64,000 bases of DNA from Candidatus Nanoarchaeia archaeon. GTDB taxonomy: Archaea; Nanobdellota; Nanobdellia; Tiddalikarchaeales; Tiddalikarchaeaceae. The stretch's first letter is position 1. The number at the start of each line of letters is the position of its first letter. A program made the translations under genes and the position numbers. The stretch spans positions 1,687 through 65,686 of the forward strand of contig JBAZGS010000007.1 in assembly GCA_041652755.1 (NCBI GenBank), given 5' to 3'. Below, piece after piece: positions 25,721 through 34,000 of this stretch. The notes below the pieces were generated by a model. The model made no database searches, was not told the origin of the DNA, and saw only the letters and a list, made by a program, of their open reading frames with translations.

Positions 25721-25747
25721 TTTTTAAATCCATCACTGTTTTTTAGT
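25721..25747 (+). promoter_or_regulatory. Promoter of the L18e operon, near-identical to the S13 promoter
   Basis: tttttaaatccatcactgttttttagt ends 6 nt before the ATG at 25754. Confidence 0.5.
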
Positions 25748-25753
25748 GTTATT

Positions 25754-26113
25754 ATGAAAAAAGGCACAACTAGTTATCATACTCAAGGTTTGATTAATGA
25801 TTTTGAAAAGCTTTATAGAAAGACAAAAAAGCCTTTGTTTAAAAGGATTGTAGATGAGCTTAAAAAATCTTCAAGGCAAAAAAGGGATATTAATTTGTCT
25901 AAGATTAACAGGTATTCAATTGAAGGAAGCAATATTATTGTACTTGGAAAAGTATTAAGCAGCGGGGAGTTGGAGCATAAGGTCAATATTGTTGCTTTTT
26001 CTTACAGCAAGGTTGCACTTGATAAATTAAACAAAAAATCATGCACTGCTAGCTTAATTGATGAATTGGCAAAGACAGGAAAAATTCCAAGCAAGGTGAT
26101 AATACTTGGATAA
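25754..26113 (+). CDS. rpl18e: 50S ribosomal protein L18e (eL18)
   Basis: INLSKINR.....IIVLGKVLSSGEL.HKVNIVAFSYS..A..KL pattern. Confidence 0.85.
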   Translation: MKKGTTSYHTQGLINDFEKLYRKTKKPLFKRIVDELKKSSRQKRDINLSKINRYSIEGSNIIVLGKVLSSGELEHKVNIVAFSYSKVALDKLNKKSCTASLIDELAKTGKIPSKVIILG

Positions 26114-26531
26114 GATAATTATTGATGCAAAGGATTGCATATTAGGAAGATTGGGTGTTGAAGTTTCGAAGCTTACTAGGTTAAACTATGAAGTTATTAT
26201 TCTTAATTGTGAAAAAATAGTTATTAGCGGCTCAAAAAAAACTATTTTGAACCATTATCTCGAAAGGCTTCATAGGGGAAGCACTGAATCAGGACCTAGG
26301 CAATCTAAAAGGCCAGATAGGTTTGTTAGAAGAGCAATTAGGGCAATGTTTGAGTATAAAGGTTTTTTGGGAAAAACTGCTTTTGGCAGGGTTAAGACTT
26401 TTATTGGAATACCTGAGGAATACAGTGATAAGATTAGCAAGGATTTTAAATGCAAAAAGAGTTCTGATTTGATACATAACAAGTACATTGTTGTTGGGGA
26501 CTTGTGTAAGCAATTAGGAGGTAAATGGTAA
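26106..26531 (+). CDS. rpl13: 50S ribosomal protein L13 (uL13)
   Basis: IIIDAKDCILGRLG..V.K.......V.ILNCEKIVISG. TTG start overlaps the L18e stop. Confidence 0.88.
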   Translation: MDKIIIDAKDCILGRLGVEVSKLTRLNYEVIILNCEKIVISGSKKTILNHYLERLHRGSTESGPRQSKRPDRFVRRAIRAMFEYKGFLGKTAFGRVKTFIGIPEEYSDKISKDFKCKKSSDLIHNKYIVVGDLCKQLGGKW

Positions 26532-26944
26532 TGGCAGCTAAAGCGTCAAAAAACATAATCACTTCGGGCAAAAGAAAAACCAGTATTGCAAGGGCAATAA
26601 TTGTTAAAGGAAGTGGAATTGTAAGAATTAACCATATTAATTTGAATGTTTATGGTAATGAAATTGCTAGGTTGAAAATAATGGAACCTTTGATTCTTTC
26701 AGATGATTTAGCTAAGAGTATTAATGTTAAGGTTAGTGTTAAAGGCGGCGGATGGCAGAGCCAAGCTGAAGCTGCAAGGCTTGCAATTGCAAAAGCAATG
26801 GTTGAGTATTTTAAGAAGGATTCTTTAAAAAACAAGTTCTTAGATTATGATAGGAACTTATTAGTTGCTGATATTAGGAGAACTGAGCCTCAGAAACCTT
26901 ACAGGTCAGCTGCAAGAAGTAGTAGGCAAATGAGTAAGAGGTAA
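26525..26944 (+). CDS. rps9: 30S ribosomal protein S9 (uS9)
   Basis: GKRKTSIARA....G.G...IN........V.VKGGG...QAEA.RLAIAKA......D.R..E..K.....AR...Q.SKR. GGAGGT SD upstream. Confidence 0.9.
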   Translation: MVMAAKASKNIITSGKRKTSIARAIIVKGSGIVRINHINLNVYGNEIARLKIMEPLILSDDLAKSINVKVSVKGGGWQSQAEAARLAIAKAMVEYFKKDSLKNKFLDYDRNLLVADIRRTEPQKPYRSAARSSRQMSKR

Positions 26945-26953
26945 AGTGATAAA

Positions 26954-27145
26954 ATGATTATTCCAATAAGATGTTTTAGTTGCGGAAAACCCATAGCACA
27001 TTTATGGGAGAAATATAAGGAGCTCGAAAAGAAAGTGGGTTCAAAAAAAGCATTGGATGAATTAGGTCTTGAAAAGTATTGCTGTAGGGCATTATTTTTA
27101 GGGCATGTTGATCTGATTGATATAACAGGGAAGTACAAAAATTAG
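26954..27145 (+). CDS. rpoN: DNA-directed RNA polymerase subunit N (Rpo10)
   Basis: MIIPIRCFSCGKPIAHLWEKY...LGLEKYCCR. Confidence 0.9.
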   Translation: MIIPIRCFSCGKPIAHLWEKYKELEKKVGSKKALDELGLEKYCCRALFLGHVDLIDITGKYKN

Positions 27146-27159
27146 AGGGTGTAAAAAAA

Positions 27160-27372
27160 ATGGTTACTAAAAAAGCTGGCTCAACAGGAAGGTTCGGTTC
27201 AAGATACGGAACAAAGATCAGGAGAGCTGTTAAAAATATTGAAATTGATCAGCATAGAAAACAAATGTGTACTGTTTGCAAAACTGGCGTTATGAAAAGA
27301 ATAAGCAAGGGAATATTTGTTTGCAAAAAATGCAATGCTAAAATTGCTGGAAAAGCTTATACTTTAAATTGA
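27160..27372 (+). CDS. rpl37ae: 50S ribosomal protein L37Ae (eL43)
   Basis: GSTGRFGSRYG..IRR....IE......C..C......R...GIF.C.KC zinc ribbon. Confidence 0.9.
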   Translation: MVTKKAGSTGRFGSRYGTKIRRAVKNIEIDQHRKQMCTVCKTGVMKRISKGIFVCKKCNAKIAGKAYTLN

Positions 27373-27385
27373 GGTATGAAAAAAA

Positions 27386-27523
27386 ATGAGTTATAGCTGT
27401 TTAACATGTAAAAAAGAGATTGATAATGAAAGCGTAAAAAAAAGGATTAGGTGTCCTTTTTGCGGGTCAAAAATATTGGTAAAAAAACCAGTAAGCATTG
27501 ACAGAAAATTGAAAGCATTATGA
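27386..27523 (+). CDS. rpoP: DNA-directed RNA polymerase subunit P (Rpo12); 45 aa, absent from the ORF track
   Basis: My translation is MSYSCLTCKKEIDNESVKKRIRCPFCGSKILVKKPVSIDRKLKAL (CxxC...RCPxCG.KI). GAGGT SD upstream; the stop overlaps the next ATG. Confidence 0.78.
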   Translation: MSYSCLTCKKEIDNESVKKRIRCPFCGSKILVKKPVSIDRKLKAL

Positions 27524-27759
27524 ATACTGCAAAGTTAAGAATTAAATCAATGGACTGTAAAAAAATATATGATTCATTAAGTCCTGAAATAAAGTTGAAT
27601 GAATCAATCAGGTCAAGCATTAAAATGAAAGCTTTAAATGATGAATTATTGATTGATTTTGAAGCAAAAGATATTAATGCCTTAAAAACTGTGATAAACC
27701 ATGTTTTAAGGCTAATAACTGCTTATGAAGAAGCTGCAAAAATAAGGGGTGAAAAATAA
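27520..27759 (+). CDS. pcc1: KEOPS complex subunit Pcc1-like
   Basis: LLIDFEAKDINALKTVINHVLRLI pattern (l.i.f.a.D..aLr..vns.LrlI) and the conserved position L37ae-RpoP-Pcc1-PfdB. Confidence 0.65.
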   Translation: MNTAKLRIKSMDCKKIYDSLSPEIKLNESIRSSIKMKALNDELLIDFEAKDINALKTVINHVLRLITAYEEAAKIRGEK

Positions 27760-27761
27760 GT

Positions 27762-28109
27762 ATGGCAATAGATGTTCCGAAAGAGGCTGAGCAAGAAGTA
27801 ATGAAGCTTCAGCAATACCAGCAGCAGTTTCAAATGCTTAGCATGCAAAAGCAGAATCTTCAGTCCCAATTAATAGAGATGGAGCATTCTTTGGATGAAT
27901 TGAAAAAACTTGGAAAGCAAGAGACTTATGAGATTGTTGGAACTATTATGATAAAGAAGGATAAAGAGGAGCTGATTAATTCTTTGGCTGAAAAAAAGCA
28001 AAGCGTTGAATTAAGGGATAGTGTTATTTCAAAGCAGATTGACAAGATTTCTGCAAAAATGACTGAAACCCAGGCGAAAGTTATGAAAATGGTCAGGGGT
28101 GAAAAATAA
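27762..28109 (+). CDS. pfdB: Prefoldin subunit beta
   Basis: Two coiled-coil arms flanking the beta hairpin YEIVGTIMIKKDKEE, 115 aa, GGGGTGA SD upstream. Confidence 0.8.
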   Translation: MAIDVPKEAEQEVMKLQQYQQQFQMLSMQKQNLQSQLIEMEHSLDELKKLGKQETYEIVGTIMIKKDKEELINSLAEKKQSVELRDSVISKQIDKISAKMTETQAKVMKMVRGEK

Positions 28110-28111
28110 TC

Positions 28112-28366
28112 ATGTCTTTAGAAAATATTGAATCAAGCATTGAATTACTGGTTGAGATTATTGAGGATTCCAGTGTTCCTAAAAATATTAAGCAGACTTG
28201 CGAGAAAGTGAAGTCTATATTGCTGAATGAGGGGGATGAAAAGGTGAAAATCGACAATGCCATCCAGAATCTGGATTTGCTTGCTGATAATGCATCAGTG
28301 CCGACGTATACTAGGATGCAGATATGGAATATTGTTTCACTTTTAGAGTCATCACAAAATATATAA
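28112..28366 (+). CDS. UPF0147 family protein
   Basis: IIEDSSVPKNIKQTCEKVKSIL....V.....I..LD.L..N..VP.YTRMQIWNIVS.LES matches the family pattern. Confidence 0.75.
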   Translation: MSLENIESSIELLVEIIEDSSVPKNIKQTCEKVKSILLNEGDEKVKIDNAIQNLDLLADNASVPTYTRMQIWNIVSLLESSQNI

Positions 28367-28401
28367 ATAATGTATTACTTCAAGAATATTAAGTGATTTA
28401 A

Positions 28402-28800
28402 ATGGTGTTTGATAAAATAAAAAAATTCGCTGAAAAGCTTACTGGAACTACCAGAATATCTTACGATGAAGATTATAATGAAAAAAATGATGTTGAAGAG
28501 CTGGTTGAAGTAAAACCTTCTGCTGAAAAAGAAAAATTCAAGATTTACATTAAGTATTTGCAGATTGAAGAAGCAAATGACACTAAAAAGATACTTGACT
28601 ATATTAGGGAAGGAAATTATATAATCTTGGCAAATTATAAGAAATTAAAAGACAAGGATGCTGTTGAGCTGAAAAGGTCTATTGATAAGATTAAGAAGAC
28701 CTGCGATGCTGCAAACAGCGACATTGTTGGCTTAGAGGAGAATTTTGTATTAATCTATCCGGGATTTGCAACAATTTCTAAAGAAGAAATAAGCAAATGA
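28402..28800 (+). CDS. sepF: SepF-like (DUF552) cell-division protein
   Basis: The C-terminal core IKYLQIEEANDTKKILDYIREGNYIILANYKKL...R.IDK.......DIVGL.ENFVLIYP resembles the SepF fold. Confidence 0.55.
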   Translation: MVFDKIKKFAEKLTGTTRISYDEDYNEKNDVEELVEVKPSAEKEKFKIYIKYLQIEEANDTKKILDYIREGNYIILANYKKLKDKDAVELKRSIDKIKKTCDAANSDIVGLEENFVLIYPGFATISKEEISK

Positions 28801-29564
28801 GAATTGACAATTCAATTTACGGTTTTGAAGAGTGCGACATTTGCTTTTTAGGCATTAATAAAACTAGCTCTTTTACCCCTAATCCTTTAAGCAAAAAAGG
28901 GCCTGACTTATTGAGATTCGCAATTAACAACAAGGATGACTTTGATTCATCAGACAATAAGTGCTGTTTTGATGAGCTTAAAATTTCAGATTTAGGCAAT
29001 CTGAAAAGCATTAATAAATTAATTCCTAAATTAAGTAAGCAGAAATTATTCATCTTTGGAGGGGAGCATTCAATCACTAAAGAGTGCTTTTTGAGCTTAA
29101 ATAATAAATTCAAGGAATTATCACTTGTTGTCTTTGATGCTCACATGGATGTTAGGGAGAAAGGAGAAGATAATGCCTGTTTTTTAAGGAGCATAATTAA
29201 TAAGATTGAAGCAAAGAATGTCTATCTTTTTGGCCAAAGAGTTTACTCTAAAGAAGAATATGATTACATTAAAAGTAAAAATATTAAGATTAATGATTTA
29301 GCTAAGCTTAAAGGCAAGAAAATCTATATTAGCTTTGATATTGATGCAATTGATGATGCCTATGTTCCAACTTGCTCTACTCCTGAGCCTTTTGGTGAAA
29401 GCTTGAAGTATTACAATGACTTATTGGTTAATCTTATTACAGAGAATGATTTGGTTGCAATTGATTTCGTTGAATTCAGCGGCAAAACTTTTGATATTAC
29501 TTATTCCAATATTGCCTCAGTCATAATTAACTTGTTAAAAAAGCTGAAATTAAAAAGCCAATAA
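28797..29564 (+). CDS. speB: Agmatinase/arginase-family ureohydrolase
   Basis: GGEHSIT, VVFDAHMDV, ISFDIDAIDDAYVP.CSTPEPFG metal-binding motifs. ATGA overlap with sepF. Confidence 0.72.
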   Translation: MRIDNSIYGFEECDICFLGINKTSSFTPNPLSKKGPDLLRFAINNKDDFDSSDNKCCFDELKISDLGNLKSINKLIPKLSKQKLFIFGGEHSITKECFLSLNNKFKELSLVVFDAHMDVREKGEDNACFLRSIINKIEAKNVYLFGQRVYSKEEYDYIKSKNIKINDLAKLKGKKIYISFDIDAIDDAYVPTCSTPEPFGESLKYYNDLLVNLITENDLVAIDFVEFSGKTFDITYSNIASVIINLLKKLKLKSQ

Positions 29565-30300
29565 CTGAACTGATTGTAAGAAAAGGCATTGCAGGGTAAA
29601 ACTTTTTTTTCTTTGTAATCAAAAGCAATGCCAATAATCCTATGCTTGAAGCAATTGCTGTGATTAATGAGCTGATTACTCCATAGTCACGCAGTATTAA
29701 TGAAACTATTAGCATTACGAATGCTATGTCTCCTCCCCCTATTATTGCTGATTCTTTGGCGTAGTTTATTTTTATTCCTGAAAAAATATTTTCTTTCATT
29801 TGGGTTTTTGCCAAAACTATCATATGCTTTGAAAGGTAAACTGCTAAGATATCATAAATGCTTATTATTCCTAAAAGGATTATTGCTGAGAATAAATTAA
29901 GCACTGGCAGCAATACTATTGCTATTGAAGGATAAATGATAAGTTCTGAAATATTGTTATAATAAGGGTCATTGGTTGATTTTTTTATGATGATTATCAG
30001 TATTGACAGGATTAATGCCTGAACTGGCTCAATCATTGCAGATAAAGTGATGAATCCGCACAGTATTAACGCGAAAGTGTGCCAATATTTTATTAGTAAT
30101 CTGAATTTGCTGAGTATTATGAAAATTATTGAGGCAAGTATTAAGAAAAATGGAAAAATGATTGCTTCCTGGCTTATTTGGTTTTGTGAATACTCAGTGC
30201 CTAGTTCAGGTGAAATGTTTGAAATAATTAATATTCCAAACAATTGATGCATTAAGAATGCTAGCACTAACAAGGCTGTGATTTTTTTGGTGTGCTTCAT
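29527..30300 (-). CDS. Presenilin/signal-peptide-peptidase homolog (A22 GxGD intramembrane aspartyl protease)
   Basis: SIYDILAVYLSKHMIVLAK (YD motif), IIGGGDIAF (GxGD), YPAMPF (PAL-like), ~8-9 TM segments. Confidence 0.78.
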   Translation of the reverse strand: MKHTKKITALLVLAFLMHQLFGILIISNISPELGTEYSQNQISQEAIIFPFFLILASIIFIILSKFRLLIKYWHTFALILCGFITLSAMIEPVQALILSILIIIIKKSTNDPYYNNISELIIYPSIAIVLLPVLNLFSAIILLGIISIYDILAVYLSKHMIVLAKTQMKENIFSGIKINYAKESAIIGGGDIAFVMLIVSLILRDYGVISSLITAIASSIGLLALLLITKKKKFYPAMPFLTISSVIGFLISAFLTS

Positions 30301-30977
30301 TTTATCTTGTTTTCATAATCTTCATAAAGCGATGCTAAAAGCATTAGTATTATTCTCGGATTGCCTTTAGCATTCTTGTGAATCTTTTCAACTTCATTCT
30401 CTGTGAAGGGTTTTATGGTTCCTTTCCCTGTTTTTTTGACTTCATCAAGCCTTGAGATTATTAGTTTCTTGGCTTCATCTAAGCTTACTGGAGGAACATT
30501 CAATACTTTGAAGTATTTTTTCAAATGAGCATCCATTTTTGCCATCTTTTTCAGCAAATCATCGCTTGTTGTTAATATTAGAGTAATCTTGGATTCGCAC
30601 AGATTAGCCATTAATTTCACTATTTTTTCCTGCAAGCTGCTAGATAATGAAAGCAACAATTCAAACCTGTCAATCAATACAATTATTTGCTTGCCTAATT
30701 TTTTCTCTGTTGGAATATTCCTCAAATCATTCAAAGTATTAAGGCTGAAATCTAGGTAAAATAGCTTCAGGCTTTTTTTAGCTGACAAGTCTTCCATTGC
30801 TTTCTTTACAAACAATGACTTGCCAATGCCGAAATCCCCATTAATCGTGATTATTGCATTTTCGTCCAAGCTTTCAAGCACTGTTTTTTTGATTTTTTCA
30901 AAAAAATCAAACCTGCCAATTAACTCATCGCTTTTATCCCTAGGGGTTATGAAAAGGAAAGGATTAACATTAATCAT
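30297..30977 (-). CDS. Short Orc1/Cdc6-like AAA+ ATPase lacking a winged-helix domain
   Basis: LIGRFDFFEKI, Walker A GDFGIGKS, Walker B IIVLIDRFE, sensor TTS, KGNPRIILMLL (compare GDAR.aldlL). Only 226 aa. Confidence 0.5.
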   Translation of the reverse strand: MINVNPFLFITPRDKSDELIGRFDFFEKIKKTVLESLDENAIITINGDFGIGKSLFVKKAMEDLSAKKSLKLFYLDFSLNTLNDLRNIPTEKKLGKQIIVLIDRFELLLSLSSSLQEKIVKLMANLCESKITLILTTSDDLLKKMAKMDAHLKKYFKVLNVPPVSLDEAKKLIISRLDEVKKTGKGTIKPFTENEVEKIHKNAKGNPRIILMLLASLYEDYENKIK

Positions 30978-31070
30978 AGCTATTAATTATTATTCGCTGT
31001 TTTATTAAGTTTTTCTTAGGATAAAAAAAATTAGATTAACTATTTAAATAAATATTTAATATAATAATTA

Positions 31071-34000
31071 ATGAAAACTATCACCCCAGTAATCAGCGTT
31101 ATTTTATTGGTTTTAATCACTATTGTTGCTAGCGTTTCAGCATTCTTCTTCATCAATTCCAATGTTTTGGGCTTAGAGTCAGGTGTTGATATTAATAATA
31201 ATCCAATAACTGACAATTCAAGGCTTAATTTAGTGAGCATAACTGGAAGCAAGGCAATTGTCAGGAATGATGGCTCTAGCTCTGTTAATGAGGTTATTGT
31301 TTTCATTAATGGCGAATTGTTCAACTACACTCTTGACTCGCCAATTCAGCCAGGTGAATTAAGGGAGATTAATTTTAATGCCCAGCAGGCAGGAGAGGAT
31401 TTGGAGATAAAATTAATCTATAATCGTGGAAAAACAGTGACTAAAACTAGCCCCGCTAATAAGAACACTGAAGATTCAGGATATATAATAGATTATTCTC
31501 CAAGAGTAGATAGTACAAGCATAACTCAGAATGCTACTCATTTGAAAGGTTATTGCCAAGCATCAGTTTACAATGCTTCAATTGAATCAGAGTATTATTA
31601 TGAGTGGCTATTGGATGATGAAAGTTATTTGAACGGAAGCATTTTAGGAAACCATGATAATGAGAACTACTTATTAAATATTGTAGAAATTAGTGATGGC
31701 TCATGGAACTTCAAATGCCTTGTAGGAAATGGCACTTATAATTCAAGCTGGAAAACAAGTAGTACAACAACAATAGGAGACTCTGGAAGTGATGAGCCGG
31801 ATAATAATCTTATTTACTGCTTGTCCAATAATTCAAGAAACACTTGGTTTAGCGGAAGCATAACTGGAAGCAATGGCGCTTGCTGCGGAGATGATGGATT
31901 TTATGACCTTTTTTACAATTCAACATATTCATGCAATAATGGATATACAATTTTTGATGATGATAACCATTTCACATATGATTATTTTGGCGATAAAAAA
32001 AGAGATTACAGCGGGAAAAATATTTGCGAATTAAAAGGATATGAATGGATGTCTCACACCTTGAATTTTGAAGACAAGATTGATTATTCAGTAATAAATG
32101 ATCCTCAAGGGATTACCATAAGTGATGTGAACAATGATGGATGGATGGATATAATTTCAACTAATTACCAAGGCAGTTCTGTGAGTGTTTTTTTGAATGA
32201 TGGAGATGGAAATTTCAGCATTAATAATTATAATATCGGAAGTAATTATCATTTGGATGTTGCAACTGGAGATGTGAACAATGATGGATGGATGGATATA
32301 GTATCAAATGATTGGCTTAATTCACAAGTGGATGTTTTATTAAACGATGGAGACGGAACTTTTGACAATGTTAGAAATGATTACCTAATTGGTTCATATT
32401 CAACAGGATTAACTTTAGGGGATGTGAACAATGATGGATGGATGGATATAATTGGCACAGCTGCTTATTTAGATAAAATTGTTGTGAGGCTTAATGATGG
32501 AGACGGCACTTTTGACAATTTTAATGAGTCATATAGTGTTATTGATGACCCTAGAAGTGTTGCAGTAGGAGATGTAAACAATGATGGATGGATAGATATT
32601 GTTTCTAACAATTATTTAAGCCATTCTGTTAGCTTGTTTTTGAATGATGGAGACGGCACTTTTGAAACTGCTCGCAGAGATTATGATGTTGGATCAGATC
32701 AGGATAGTGTCACTTTTGGAGATTTCAATAATGATGATTTTTTAGACATTTTAGCTTCAGATTATCTTGGCAATTCAATGATTGTTTTACTAAATAACGG
32801 CAGCGGAGATTTTCAAGATAACATTTCTTCATATTCATTAGGCATTTCTCCAAGAGATGGTGTTGTTGGAGATTTCAATAATGATGGTTGCCTGGATTTT
32901 GCAGGAATTCATTATAATTTAAGCATTCGTTTAGGGAATTGCGACGGCACTTTTAATTCATCAATTATTTTTGCTGCTGGCAATGATGATTCTTTTAGTT
33001 TCAGCACTGCAGATTTCAATAATGATGGCAATTTAGATTTTGTTACTGCAAACAGAAATCTAGATTCAGTCTCTGTTATATTTAGCACTTTTTCCGGATT
33101 GAATGGCCCTTGCTGCGGAGATGACGGAGCAACAGATGATTTTTACAACTCAACAAATTACTGCTGCAACGGAGCATTTAATACAGGAAGTTGCCATTGC
33201 GGAGATGGGATATGCCAAAGTTGGGAAACAGAAGGAAACTGTCCATCTGACTGTTCTTTACCTAGCTGGGGCACTCAGGTAAGATTATCATCTAATGATG
33301 TTTATAACTCTGGTGCGCCAAGAATATCAGGCAATGGAAATAATGTTCATGTTTTCTGGTCAGATTTGAGGGATAATTATCCCTATCCTGAAATTTATTA
33401 TATTAATAGCAGTGATAATGGTTTGACTTGGAATAGTGAAACATTAGTTTCATCTGATGATACTCATATGTCATTGTGGCCTGTTGTGGATGTATATAAT
33501 AACAAAGTTCATGTGGTTTGGGAGGATTATGAATCTAGTGCTAAAGTATTTTATGTTAATAGTAGTGATAATGGTGCGAATTGGAATGAATTCTTTAAAG
33601 GATTACCTGTTACTTCTGTTCGTCCTCATATATCAGTAAGTGAAAATAATATTCATGTCGTATGGCAAAATGGAGGTTATAGTGGAACTGATATTTTTTA
33701 TGCTAATAGCACTAATGGTGGAAGCACTTGGAGCACACCCATAATTATAACTTCAGCAGGTGATGAATATGTATCAACTTACCCCGTTATTGCTGTAAGC
33801 GGAAACTACATTCATGTGGTTTGGGAAGATGATGAATTTAATGATGGCGTTTTTTATAGAAGCAGCAATGATAATGGTGCTAGTTGGGGAATGATAACTA
33901 ATTTAAGTTATGATGAGGGTTATACCTCAATAGATCCTGATATTGCAGTTAATGGAAGTAATGTTCATGTTGTTTGGGGAGATACTCGTGATGGTAATTC

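Noticed and set aside
29527-30300. Idea that this GxGD membrane protease is the prepilin (class III signal) peptidase for the neighbouring adhesins
   Set aside because: The YD..(x)..GxGD..PAL motif order and the YDILAVYLSKHM block match presenilin/SPP (A22) rather than PibD/FlaK (A24), which lack the YD and PAL motifs. The prepilin peptidase must be encoded elsewhere.
30978-31070. Replication origin next to the Orc1/Cdc6-like ATPase
   Set aside because: The 93-bp spacer is AT-rich but shows no repeated origin-recognition-box-like elements or inverted repeats, and the ATPase lacks the DNA-binding WH domain.
31040-31324. Antisense ORFs 31040-31324 and 35598-35909 (94 and 103 aa, nearly identical to each other)
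   Set aside because: They are shadows of the duplicated pilin-signal 5' module on the + strand. Their similarity simply reflects the DNA repeat. The sense-strand reading has a clear class III signal and continues for 0.6-1 kaa.
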